Virus record (IMG/VR): IMGVR_UViG_3300030329_005082
Location: 114,631-178,630 of that record
Direction: 5' to 3' (one strand)
Origin: a virus
Length of the DNA stretch: 64,000 bases
The notes below the pieces were generated by a model. The model was not told the origin of the DNA, ran no database searches, and worked only from the letters and a program-made list of their open reading frames with translations. Within the stretch, counting starts at the first letter, position 1. Each line of letters opens with the position of its first letter. The translations under genes were made by a program, and so were the position numbers. Shown here piece after piece: positions 48,473 to 57,708 of this stretch.

Positions 48473-48640
48473 TTAATACAGGGCAGATTTCATAAAGGTT
48501 TCTTGAACAAGGTGGTCAACAACCACTTTATGAATATCCATAGAATTCTTGGGATGCTCGTTGATGGCGTCATACCAAGCGTCAAGTGCTCCTTGACCTT
48601 CGGCGTTAAGGATATTTTCAATATGGTCTTGAACCGACAT
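48473..48640 (-). CDS. Hypothetical protein (55 aa)
   Basis: GGAGAG SD; MSVQDHIENILNAEGQGALDAWY...; below the track cutoff. Confidence 0.7.
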   Translation of the reverse strand: MSVQDHIENILNAEGQGALDAWYDAINEHPKNSMDIHKVVVDHLVQETFMKSALY

Positions 48641-48660
48641 TACTCTCTCCTTATAATACT

Positions 48661-48688
48661 ATATTATCACACTGATATTAGAAGTCAA
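48661..48688 (-). promoter_or_regulatory. Sigma70-type early promoter
   Basis: TTGACT-16 nt (ending TGA)-TAATAT. Confidence 0.65.
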
Positions 48689-48693
48689 GCTTT

Positions 48694-49173
48694 TTACGAA
48701 GCTTTTTCTAAATCACGCTCGTAATAATGATTATCATAGCGAGGGTTCTCACGCTGTTCAATGACATCAATTTTATAACCACCGCCTCGTTGAGCCTCTG
48801 TAACAAGTCCGACCTTGCCGGCGAGTTTGGCACGAGTATTCCTCTTATTGTCCTTGAAGCGAATCAGAGATCCAACCGGATACTTTGGAGGCAGCGGCGC
48901 AACCCAATTTAAAGCTTGCGTGATGTTATCCACAAAAGATCCGGCGAAGTAATCTACATGTGGATCGCTTACATCACCGTCTCTCGTGACTTTAATGAGG
49001 TAGATCCGATCCTCGCCGTTGCATTTATCATAAAAACTTACGACCTGATTAGATCCTTCAAACCGGACGTACCAAATAGAATCATGGCCGCGATCCTGTT
49101 CTTGGATCTCAACATCAAGATTTACACGATTGGCACGGTTGCGGATCTTTTTGAGTGCAGACTCTAACTTCAT
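48694..49173 (-). CDS. Hypothetical protein with C-terminal SH3/KOW-like barrel
   Basis: GGGAGAG SD; YPVGSLIRFK..GKVGLVTE..YKIDV. Confidence 0.75.
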   Translation of the reverse strand: MKLESALKKIRNRANRVNLDVEIQEQDRGHDSIWYVRFEGSNQVVSFYDKCNGEDRIYLIKVTRDGDVSDPHVDYFAGSFVDNITQALNWVAPLPPKYPVGSLIRFKDNKRNTRAKLAGKVGLVTEAQRGGGYKIDVIEQRENPRYDNHYYERDLEKAS

Positions 49174-49195
49174 GATTTCTCTCCCTTACAACACC

Positions 49196-49223
49196 ATAAT
49201 ATCATTTCTAGGGTAGAAGTCAA
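49196..49223 (-). promoter_or_regulatory. Sigma70-type early promoter
   Basis: TTGACT-16 nt (ending TGA)-TATTAT; shares CTTGACTTCTA with the 48.7-kb copy. Confidence 0.65.
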
Positions 49224-49241
49224 GTTTTTTTTGAAAAAAGA

Positions 49242-49421
49242 TTAAAAACCTGCGGGAATACTCTCTGGCATAGGAAAAGAACTAATTGGATTACAAGTTA
49301 CCATATCTTTTGGCACCTCATAAAAATCCATATCAATCATAAAGGTTTCCAAAGCCTCACGGAGGGTAGGAGCCCATACTGTAAAAGTAACACCACGAAC
49401 CTCAATCTGAAAGCAGTTCAT
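49242..49421 (-). CDS. Hypothetical protein (59 aa)
   Basis: ATGA-coupled; MNCFQIEVRGVTFTVWAPTLREALE...; below the track cutoff. Confidence 0.6.
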   Translation of the reverse strand: MNCFQIEVRGVTFTVWAPTLREALETFMIDMDFYEVPKDMVTCNPISSFPMPESIPAGF

Positions 49422-49636
49422 TCTTTGTCCTTTCTTGAACGCTTACTAAGCATATACCGAAATTGCTCCTTTTGCAAGCTTTTCAGTGTTAATTTTCTCT
49501 TTTTGTTTATTTTCTTCAGCAACTCTCGCTGCTTCTTGCCGTGCTTTGATCGCAGCCATGCGTACAGGGCAATTCCTCCAAAGGGCAAAACCAGGGCTAA
49601 TAGAATACCAACCACTAGCGTAAATGCTGTAATCAT
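49418..49636 (-). CDS. Small membrane protein
   Basis: Hydrophobic FTLVVGILLALVLPFGGIALYAW followed by a basic tail. Confidence 0.7.
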   Translation of the reverse strand: MITAFTLVVGILLALVLPFGGIALYAWLRSKHGKKQRELLKKINKKRKLTLKSLQKEQFRYMLSKRSRKDKE

Positions 49637-49639
49637 TCA

Positions 49640-50404
49640 TCAGTACCCCTGTAATGCTAATATTAGCTCGGCTGGACCCTGTACATCATGATAGGCTGCG
49701 GATTTCATAGCAATATCCAAATCGTTCCCATCCTTGCAGATTTTATCTCCAAAAAATACACACTGGTCTGGGGTTTCTATCATGTTGGTAAAAGCATAAC
49801 TCTTGTCCCATCCCTCTCTGGTGATATCAATAGAAATCTGCCCACCGAGCCGAAAAGATAGCCCCCATCCTTGGAACTCTTTTCTGAGTTGTTGCACGAT
49901 CTTTTTGCGCTCACCGCTTTTTAGATCCCATTGAACATAATCTTCTCGCTGCTCGCTTGAGCAATTGCGACCTAAAACAGAAAAGTTGATCTGGCTCTCT
50001 CGCCACTCAATAAAAGTTCCTGTTTTGATTTTAGTGTGAGTCTTGCTAGCTATCTTCAGCAAAACATTGATTATGTGGTTTATATCTGCGTTTGAATAGT
50101 GATCCAGAAGCGTAACCTTGTGAATTAGTTCTGGCTCTATGGGGCTAGTTTCATCATCCATATCTAAATTGCAGTTATAAACCCTTGTCCCATTGCAGGC
50201 ATATACGCGATCAAACAAAGATAAAAGATCATCTTTGGGGATTTGTTCTTCTATTTTTGTTAGTTCTGAACCTGTAACTAGGTGCCGTTTGGTTCCTGCG
50301 GCGGTGGAGCGCAATGCCTGCAAAACATCTTCCGTGATGGATTGTCTAGGTTCGGTAATAGTACCATCCATGTCAAACAATAAGGCTTTTGGGGTTAGTT
50401 TCAT
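49640..50404 (-). CDS. Phosphomannomutase, eukaryotic-type PMM family (HAD-IIB)
   Basis: FDMDGT, VTGS, GTFIEWR...INFSVLGR, GGQISID, GWDK, FFGDK....GND. Confidence 0.88.
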   Translation of the reverse strand: MKLTPKALLFDMDGTITEPRQSITEDVLQALRSTAAGTKRHLVTGSELTKIEEQIPKDDLLSLFDRVYACNGTRVYNCNLDMDDETSPIEPELIHKVTLLDHYSNADINHIINVLLKIASKTHTKIKTGTFIEWRESQINFSVLGRNCSSEQREDYVQWDLKSGERKKIVQQLRKEFQGWGLSFRLGGQISIDITREGWDKSYAFTNMIETPDQCVFFGDKICKDGNDLDIAMKSAAYHDVQGPAELILALQGY

Positions 50405-50410
50405 TTTACA

Positions 50411-50794
50411 TTATCCAATTATATGAGAAAACAAATCTAGATTAACGGGCGGGATCATAAGGTACCCAATAACGTTATATTCGTATTCGTTTGTTAGATA
50501 GTATTGATCGCTTGATAATTTTGAATTTTTACTAATCAAGGAACTGGTTTCTGGAAGTAACAATATTGTGTAGACTATAATCTTTTGATTATCTTTGTCT
50601 AAGTCGCCATAAAAAGCATCAACAATCACCCCCAACCGACCATGGTTGACTGCTCTTGAAACAGTCCCTAAAGGCATTGCTTCGTCAGGAATTCCCTTAC
50701 TATTAGGTAATTCTCCGGATAGTGCATCCTCTAGGACATCTTTTAGCCTGCCTATAAGTTCTTCATTGGTAGTCACGAGTTTGTAGCACCTCAC
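50411..50794 (-). CDS. Hypothetical protein
   Basis: 127-aa ORF with its own promoter; start uncertain. Confidence 0.7.
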   Translation of the reverse strand: MRCYKLVTTNEELIGRLKDVLEDALSGELPNSKGIPDEAMPLGTVSRAVNHGRLGVIVDAFYGDLDKDNQKIIVYTILLLPETSSLISKNSKLSSDQYYLTNEYEYNVIGYLMIPPVNLDLFSHIIG

Positions 50795-50803
50795 TACAAG
50801 TAT

Positions 50804-50831
50804 ATAATATCATGTAGTGTTATAATGTCAA
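50804..50831 (-). promoter_or_regulatory. Sigma70-type promoter
   Basis: TTGACA-16 nt (ending TGA)-TATTAT. Confidence 0.7.
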
Positions 50832-51802
50832 GAGATGCGGATAAAATCTTTTATTTTTACGTTTTTGGACAACTTTTCTTCAGATCCAGAACATAAATCA
50901 GTTGAAAGATACTTTTTATTATCATCACACAGAACAGTAGCTGTTAGGTCATCTGGGAACTCTGAAGCCTTCAAAATAGCTGAAAAAACGTTAGCGCCTG
51001 ATGATATTCCTACAGAAAGTCCTATTTTGTTCAATTGTCTGGCTATATTGATAGCATCTTCATCAGAAACTCTTATAATTGGACCTAAAGAGTCCAAATC
51101 TAGTATCTCTGGGACAAAACTATCACCTATTCCTTCAATTCTATGCCCTTTATCTTCATTATTGATCGGTAATATTGGAAATGCGCGAAATCCTTCATTT
51201 CTGTCGGTAAAATAATGGTGAAAACCCATTATTGTGCCCCCGGTGCCTGCTCCTGCGACAAAAATCTTCAAATTTGGCAAATTATTGTCTTTGAGAGCTT
51301 CTCTGACCTCTGGGGCAGTAGTATTCATATGAGCGAAGACATTCCATGCATTATTGAACTGTTTTGGTCCAAAATAGCCCTTTTTCTTGCTTTTTTTAGC
51401 TGCTAGCTCAATACAATGCGTAAATCCGCCATCTTTTTCGCTTATTTCTATTAATTTTGCCCCATAAAACCTTAAAAGAGACTTTCTTTCCTCAGAAAGC
51501 CAGTCTGGCATGTATATTTCTACTTTACTGCCCAAATAAGCGCCCATCGCAGCAAAGGCAATACCTGTATTGCCGCTTGTAGCCTCTACAATGGTGTCGC
51601 CCTCGTCAAATTGAGATAAATTCTCTGCACTTTCTAAAATTTGTAAAGCCATTCGGTCTTTTATGCTACCGGAGAAGTTCCATGCTTCATATTTTGCATA
51701 AACTACGACTTCTTTGCCATCTAATTCGGCAATTATCTTAATGAGTGGAGTATTTCCAACGAAATTTCTTAATTTCTGTATCTTCTGTGCAAATTTAGAC
51801 AT
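50828..51802 (-). CDS. cysK: Cysteine synthase (PLP-dependent, CysK/CysM family)
   Basis: VGNTPL, SGSIKDR (Schiff-base Lys), EATSGNTG, GAGTGGT, IEGIG, GISSGA, KYLSTDL. Confidence 0.9.
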   Translation of the reverse strand: MSKFAQKIQKLRNFVGNTPLIKIIAELDGKEVVVYAKYEAWNFSGSIKDRMALQILESAENLSQFDEGDTIVEATSGNTGIAFAAMGAYLGSKVEIYMPDWLSEERKSLLRFYGAKLIEISEKDGGFTHCIELAAKKSKKKGYFGPKQFNNAWNVFAHMNTTAPEVREALKDNNLPNLKIFVAGAGTGGTIMGFHHYFTDRNEGFRAFPILPINNEDKGHRIEGIGDSFVPEILDLDSLGPIIRVSDEDAINIARQLNKIGLSVGISSGANVFSAILKASEFPDDLTATVLCDDNKKYLSTDLCSGSEEKLSKNVKIKDFIRIS

Positions 51803-51812
51803 TTCTTATGCT

Positions 51813-53765
51813 CTAACTGTCTCTCCAGAGATTGTTAGCAGCAAATTTGATGACTTCTTCCGCTGAATCTTCATTGTATCCGTACTCCTCAATCAGAGTA
51901 GACACCATTTCGTTGTATTTTCCTTTCTGCTTCTTGTCACGACTCTTAGATTTCGTTACAATTCGGGAAATTTCCTTCACAGAAGAGGTTAATTTGCTTT
52001 CAATAGCTTCACGAAGCGGAGCATAGCTTTGCCAATCTACTTTTTCACCGCGACGAAGCTTGGAAAACATATAAGCTGTGATATCAACTCGGAAATTCTC
52101 TTTAGCAGTGCCAACAATAGCGATCTGTTCTTCAATAGATACCATGAAAGCCTCATCTGGTGAGATTTCTTCATTTGTCACGCTGTCTTTTACAGTTGAC
52201 ATGTTGACATAAGCCTCAGCATGATCCAGATAGTTATTGAAAAGTGCTTCTGCCTGCTCATCGTAAGCAGAGACAAACGCTTTGGTGATTTCCTTCTCTA
52301 GAATATTCAAATATTCATCATGAAGGGTCTTACCTAAGAAATCCAAGTAACGATTACGATCATCTTCAACAACAATCTGATCTTTTACTTGCTTGATAAG
52401 CGCGTCGCGAATAGAAATTGGGGTTACCATGTTCTTATCACTATCAGATAAGGCTGAATCAATGGCTTTCATAATGAATCTTGTAGAAATTCCGGTCATA
52501 CCTTCGTCTCTAGCTTCATCTCTAAGGTCATTAATGTCTATTTTCTTTACATGTCCCTTTTCAATAACTTCTTCGCCGTCATAAAGCTTCATTTTGGTTA
52601 GTGCATCAACCTTGTTTGACAAGTGAAGACGACTCAAGACAGCAAACATAGCAGCAATTTCAAGTGTATGGGGAGCAATATGACCATCAAAGTCAGATAA
52701 TCCTAACATTTTCTCATAAATCTTCTGCTCTTCGGAAACCTCCAAGCAGTAAGGAACGTTTACACGAACAATACGATCAAGAATTGCTTCATTTGTGTTC
52801 TCAGACTTGAATTTATTCCATTCGGCTTCGTTGCAGTGGGCCAAAATGACACCATCAAAATAAATCATTGGACCCTTACCTGGGGAAGGTACTGCCTTCT
52901 CCTGGGTGGCTGTGATCATGGTGTGAAGGAATTCAATTTCATTCTTGAAAACCTCAACAAATTCAACGATACCACGGTTACCAACATTAAAGGCACCATT
53001 CAAAGATAAAACGCGAGGATCATCCTCTGAGTAGAGATCTAGTTTGGAAATGTCCTCACTGCCAACCAGAATTGTAACATCCTGACTGTTAGCATCCATT
53101 GGGGGCACAACACCTACACCGCGACGCCCACGTACTGAAAAGGATGATTGCGTTATTGGCATTGCTGTGTAATCATTATTAAACTCTTCTTTTAGTCTGT
53201 GTCGGCATACAGGACACAAGTCACCTTCAATTTTTATATTGTAAATTTCCTCAAACTCTGGTCTTAGAGAGCGGGGAACAAGGTGGAGAGGCTCTTCATG
53301 GATTGGGCAGCCATCAATGTGATACATTGGCTCACATTGTTCTAGTGCTGATTTGATATGCTCCATGAGCGCGGATTTACCCGCACCAACAGGTCCCAAA
53401 AGTAATAGCACCTGACGGCTTTCTTCGCCTTTGAGCGAAGCTGAACGCAAAAATCTCATAATCTTTGCTAGTGATCTTTCCATCCCGAAAAACTTGCTCT
53501 GGAAATAGTCGTAAGTCTTTACCTCTTCTCCGCCGAATAATTTATTGCAGCGAGAATCAGATTTAGACATTCTTGTCACACCTTGTCCGGCAAGAACATC
53601 ATATAGTCGTCTATGTGCTAGCGAGGTAATAGATGGATCCTTCTCAATTTGTTTGAGATAATCCTCTAGGCTACCACTAAATTTTTCAACCGTCTTCTTT
53701 TCTCTGTGTTTTTCAACCAGTTTCAAGAATTTACTTGATTTATTTTCTTTTGGCATGTGATTCAA
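51813..53765 (-). CDS. prkA: PrkA/YeaG family AAA+ ATPase / serine kinase
   Basis: FFGMERSL, LLGPVGAGKS, GCPIHEEPL, GAFNVGNRGIVEFVEVFK, ITATQE, EAILDR, VPYCL; 650 aa. Confidence 0.95.
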   Translation of the reverse strand: MNHMPKENKSSKFLKLVEKHREKKTVEKFSGSLEDYLKQIEKDPSITSLAHRRLYDVLAGQGVTRMSKSDSRCNKLFGGEEVKTYDYFQSKFFGMERSLAKIMRFLRSASLKGEESRQVLLLLGPVGAGKSALMEHIKSALEQCEPMYHIDGCPIHEEPLHLVPRSLRPEFEEIYNIKIEGDLCPVCRHRLKEEFNNDYTAMPITQSSFSVRGRRGVGVVPPMDANSQDVTILVGSEDISKLDLYSEDDPRVLSLNGAFNVGNRGIVEFVEVFKNEIEFLHTMITATQEKAVPSPGKGPMIYFDGVILAHCNEAEWNKFKSENTNEAILDRIVRVNVPYCLEVSEEQKIYEKMLGLSDFDGHIAPHTLEIAAMFAVLSRLHLSNKVDALTKMKLYDGEEVIEKGHVKKIDINDLRDEARDEGMTGISTRFIMKAIDSALSDSDKNMVTPISIRDALIKQVKDQIVVEDDRNRYLDFLGKTLHDEYLNILEKEITKAFVSAYDEQAEALFNNYLDHAEAYVNMSTVKDSVTNEEISPDEAFMVSIEEQIAIVGTAKENFRVDITAYMFSKLRRGEKVDWQSYAPLREAIESKLTSSVKEISRIVTKSKSRDKKQKGKYNEMVSTLIEEYGYNEDSAEEVIKFAANNLWRDS

Positions 53766-55078
53766 AACTCCCAGGTGTCTTCTTCAATGACCGTAGTAAA
53801 TTTGATGGTACCTGACCACAGTTCATTGATGTAACCAAACACTTTATTAGCTTCTGACAATTCTAGGTCCCTTCCATCGTGCTCATGTTCCAGTATTAGT
53901 GTACCATCCTTTAATAATTCTTTTACAACAATGACAGGAACCGAGTTTAATCCTACATTCTTAATTAGATCGTCGCGAATAGTTCTCCAACTATCTTCAC
54001 CGGATACATCTCTAATCCTAGTGACTCCCTCGCGATTATCAAAAGAATATGTAAATAAATTCAGATCTTTGCATAACTCTAAGTCAAAATAAGTTTTTAT
54101 AAAAGTTTCGTCATTATGTGTTTCTCTTGCGCGCAAACATTCCTCAAACCCGTGAAGCTCTTCAATGCGTTTGAATATTTTATATCCAAGATGATAAGGG
54201 TTTACACGACCCAGGTGAGGTCTAATGACTTGGTTGTGAAGGCGGATAAAAGCAAGATGATAATCATCTGGGATCCCAAGTTTTTTGACAATTTTCTCGT
54301 GCATCAAGACAGCCCAACCCTCATTCATGATTTTGGTTAATGCCTGCGGCACAAAGTAGCTAGACTCATCAGCTACAATATTTATCAAATCTTTCTCCCA
54401 GGGTTCTAGAAAGCGATTATGGTCTGCAATAAATCTAAGAAGATTTTGATCTGGTTCTAGGGGTATTTTATTTATATTGAAATTATCCCACCTTCCAGAG
54501 GTGTCATTTAGCATAAGATTTTTATAATACTCTTTCAGTTTTTTATGGTCTCTTCTGGCTACCCCAGGAGTCCGAGGGACCTGAAATCTTATGGAGTGAC
54601 AAGCATCCAATATCTTCTCTACTTTATCTACGCCTATGTTGGGATCTTCCATATACTTCTTGACGCGCTTAGAGGCGGCTTTGAAGCGATCAATAGCTGT
54701 TTCGGCTCTTGTCTCGGTGAACATACGGTTGTTCTTGAAAAAGTCACTATGACCGACGCAATGTGCCATTGTAAGTATATGGGTAGACATTGGATTCTCG
54801 GTCATCAAATAAGCGATACTAGGGTTAGAGTTGATAATCATTTCATATGGCAGCCCTGACATGCCTAGATTATATTCTGTTTGGATACGGTCAAAAGATT
54901 TTCCATAAGACCAGTGACGGTAATGAGTTGGAAGCCCGGAATAGGCCATGTGTCCAATCATTTCTTTATAATCACATATTTCATAAGAAATTGGGTACCA
55001 ATCCAATGTAAACTCTTCGCCGAGCTTACAGATCTTATCGTCCCAATCTTGAAGTTCTTCCATAGACCAGTCAGCCAT
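53762..55078 (-). CDS. spoVR: SpoVR/YcgB family protein
   Basis: GLPTHYRHWSYGK, YEMIINSNP.IAYL, MAHCVGHSDFFKNN, TKIMNEGWA, NPYHLG, L.L.HEHDGRDL. Confidence 0.95.
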   Translation of the reverse strand: MADWSMEELQDWDDKICKLGEEFTLDWYPISYEICDYKEMIGHMAYSGLPTHYRHWSYGKSFDRIQTEYNLGMSGLPYEMIINSNPSIAYLMTENPMSTHILTMAHCVGHSDFFKNNRMFTETRAETAIDRFKAASKRVKKYMEDPNIGVDKVEKILDACHSIRFQVPRTPGVARRDHKKLKEYYKNLMLNDTSGRWDNFNINKIPLEPDQNLLRFIADHNRFLEPWEKDLINIVADESSYFVPQALTKIMNEGWAVLMHEKIVKKLGIPDDYHLAFIRLHNQVIRPHLGRVNPYHLGYKIFKRIEELHGFEECLRARETHNDETFIKTYFDLELCKDLNLFTYSFDNREGVTRIRDVSGEDSWRTIRDDLIKNVGLNSVPVIVVKELLKDGTLILEHEHDGRDLELSEANKVFGYINELWSGTIKFTTVIEEDTWEF

Positions 55079-56268
55079 TAGTTCTTTGCTCCAAATAAAC
55101 GCTTAAATGATTTCCAGATATCATTATGGTTTGCAAGTCTCACTTTCTTAAGAGTACTGTCTTCAACCATTGATACCCAATCCCATAGTTTTTTCTGGGG
55201 CTCAATACCATAGAATATTCCACTGCTGTCTTCATATGGTCTAAAATCCCCTATTTCAGTATAGCACATCATTTGGTTTATCTCTTTAAGTTCTCTGAGA
55301 GCTTCAACAGCCTCTTTGTTGTCAATAGCCCAGTTGTCACCATCACCACAATAGAACGTATAAATGTTCCAATTATTCGGATGATATCTTTTATTGATAA
55401 TTTCCTGCACTTTTCTCAATCCAGTAGACACAAGAGTTCCCCCGGAAGGAACCTGTGTGAAGAATTGCTCTTCATTGACTTCTTTCGCCTCGGCAGTGTG
55501 AGAGACAAAGACAACATCAACTTCAGAATAGCGATGATTCAAAAATTGGTACAAAAGAAAGAAGAAGCTTCTAGCTAAGAATTTTTTAGATTTGGTCATA
55601 GAACCTGAAACATCCATAACAAAGAATATGACGGCTGTGGTGTTTTCTTTTTGCACAGGCGCAATATGCTTATAGCGTAGATCACTCTCGTGAAATGTAA
55701 ATCTTTCGTCACTCTCTGGATCATAACTGCCAGCTTTGATGGCTGCTTTTTTTCTTCTGATCTTTTGTTTTATAGTCTCTTTTTTAGATAAGCGTGGGCG
55801 AATGCCGTAAGGTCGTTTGCCTTTGCGTTTCATCTTTTCTTCGGTGATAAACTTGAATCTTTTCTTTTCTAAGTCTGGAAGATTTAGATCAGCAAATAGA
55901 TATTCTGCCAACTCTTCTAGCGACATTTCTATTTCATAAGATTCTTCACCAGGCTTGTTTCCAGCCTGTTCGCCGGATGACTGTCCTCTTTTCTTGCGTC
56001 GCCCAATAGATTGACCTTCTTGAACGTCAATTCCTTCTGCCGAGCCTACGCGTTTATTTTTTTGATTGTTTCCATAAACAAAGCGATGTTCTTTGATCCC
56101 TTTAACAGGGATTCTTACTTTCTTCTTGCCGCTCTGTCCAATTATACTTTCTTCAGCGACAACATCTCGGATACTATCTTTTATGGCTCTTTCAATTTTT
56201 TGACGGTGGCGCGTCCTGTCGCCCGCTGCACGGTCAGCAATTGTTTTATGCTCTTTGAAAGTACTCAT
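55078..56268 (-). CDS. yhbH: DUF444 family (YeaH/YhbH) vWA-like protein
   Basis: DRTRHRQKI, RIPVKGIKE.RF, LNLPDL, DLRY, MDVSGSM, HTAEAKEV.EE.FF...SGGT..S, GDGDNW. Confidence 0.93.
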   Translation of the reverse strand: MSTFKEHKTIADRAAGDRTRHRQKIERAIKDSIRDVVAEESIIGQSGKKKVRIPVKGIKEHRFVYGNNQKNKRVGSAEGIDVQEGQSIGRRKKRGQSSGEQAGNKPGEESYEIEMSLEELAEYLFADLNLPDLEKKRFKFITEEKMKRKGKRPYGIRPRLSKKETIKQKIRRKKAAIKAGSYDPESDERFTFHESDLRYKHIAPVQKENTTAVIFFVMDVSGSMTKSKKFLARSFFFLLYQFLNHRYSEVDVVFVSHTAEAKEVNEEQFFTQVPSGGTLVSTGLRKVQEIINKRYHPNNWNIYTFYCGDGDNWAIDNKEAVEALRELKEINQMMCYTEIGDFRPYEDSSGIFYGIEPQKKLWDWVSMVEDSTLKKVRLANHNDIWKSFKRLFGAKN

Positions 56269-56329
56269 GTATTATAGACCCCGTAGTAATTAGTTTATTC
56301 AGGGACTAAACAAGAAAGACTATTATTTA

Positions 56330-56803
56330 TTATTCTTCTTCGGACGCAGGCTCTTGGCTTAGCTTGTCACGCCAGGATCTCTGATCCTTGAGAACTCTAG
56401 CATCATAAGATTCTAAAGTAAATAGTTTTGGATCCATGGATTCTATTTCTGTGGTTTCGCCTTTTTTAGAAGCTCTACTACTTTGAATAGACTTCATGGA
56501 AGCTAAAACTTCAATCATGTTTCCACCTGTTGTATTGCGGCGACCCATGTCCTCAACTTTCTCAACAATACCAAAATAGTAATCTCTTGTGTCTGCTTTA
56601 AAATTGTAGACACTGAATATGACAGCATCTCCTTGTCCTGCCTCACGGCGACCGACTTCTACGCCACCAAACAACTCTATGTTGCCCTCAAAACGCTCTC
56701 TTTTATCTCTCTTGGCTAGTTCTTCGGGTGTTTCATCTCTTTCTAGAAGAGCCTTGACTTCTTTAATAACTAGTTTTTTGAGTTCTGTCTTTGTGAGTTT
56801 CAT
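56330..56803 (-). CDS. MK(L/V)TK-tag family protein
   Basis: Starts MKLTKTELKKLVIKEVKALLE. Confidence 0.8.
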   Translation of the reverse strand: MKLTKTELKKLVIKEVKALLERDETPEELAKRDKRERFEGNIELFGGVEVGRREAGQGDAVIFSVYNFKADTRDYYFGIVEKVEDMGRRNTTGGNMIEVLASMKSIQSSRASKKGETTEIESMDPKLFTLESYDARVLKDQRSWRDKLSQEPASEEE

Positions 56804-56804
56804 T

Positions 56805-57272
56805 TTATTTGGCTTGCCCTTTGGTTTCTAAATGTTTTTTATAATCTTCATAATCTGGTACTCGCCCGCTTTCTGGAGTCCACATGTCCTGACCGGACAT
56901 GAGTTGATTTTGTGGGAGCGGAGCAAGGAAACCATCTTTTACTGTCCTCCTTATGTGATCTCTAAAAGCTACCCTTTTATCAGTATCTTCCAGTTCCTGC
57001 TTGATTACTTTTGCCGAAAGTTTGGCAGCGTCAGACATTTCTTCTATATGTTTTTCTACTTTTGCTTTTGCCTCTTCCGGGCTAACGTTAAATACCGTCT
57101 GGAGTCTCCACAAATTATATCTTGGTCCCTCGCCAGTACTATCAAGTCCAGCATACCATAATCTACGCTGTAATTCTCGGTACTGATCAACCATATCGTA
57201 GGCATCCATATTTCTTTCTGCCAATAGCTCTTCTTTGATAAGTTTTCTTATAATATCTTTTGTAAGTTTCAT
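56805..57272 (-). CDS. MK(L/V)TK-tag family protein
   Basis: Starts MKLTKDIIRKLIKEELLAE; TAAAATG-coupled start at 57272. Confidence 0.8.
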   Translation of the reverse strand: MKLTKDIIRKLIKEELLAERNMDAYDMVDQYRELQRRLWYAGLDSTGEGPRYNLWRLQTVFNVSPEEAKAKVEKHIEEMSDAAKLSAKVIKQELEDTDKRVAFRDHIRRTVKDGFLAPLPQNQLMSGQDMWTPESGRVPDYEDYKKHLETKGQAK

Positions 57273-57273
57273 T

Positions 57274-57708
57274 TTATTCCACGCTATCGTCACGAGGTTT
57301 CAACTCGTCCACAAATTTAGGTTGTGGTCCCTTCCAAACTTTCCTTGATTCTATAAAATCATATAAGTCACTAACATTCTGCATTGCTATCATGACTCTC
57401 ATGATCTCTCTGTCAAGCCTATTTTTTTCAGTATTAATTTGTCTATGGACTTGCTCCATCTCTGTGTAGGATCGTTGTAGGGATGCAAGCCAGTCTTTGC
57501 GCGCTGCGGATCGCTCCACGGTCACGCCGTGGGGCTGATCAAAGCCGCCCACGAGTTCTAGTGTTCCATCTTCAAGATCGTCAACTAGATGTTCATAATA
57601 ATCTCGGGCTCTGTTAACAAGCACCTGACCACGGCTGCTATCCCGATCTCGCTCGTTGATTATCTCTTCTTTGATGAGTTCCCTAATAGTATTTTTTGTA
57701 AGTTTCAT
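57274..57708 (-). CDS. MK(L/V)TK-tag family protein
   Basis: Starts MKLTKNTIRELIKEEIINE; TAATG-coupled. Confidence 0.8.
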   Translation of the reverse strand: MKLTKNTIRELIKEEIINERDRDSSRGQVLVNRARDYYEHLVDDLEDGTLELVGGFDQPHGVTVERSAARKDWLASLQRSYTEMEQVHRQINTEKNRLDREIMRVMIAMQNVSDLYDFIESRKVWKGPQPKFVDELKPRDDSVE

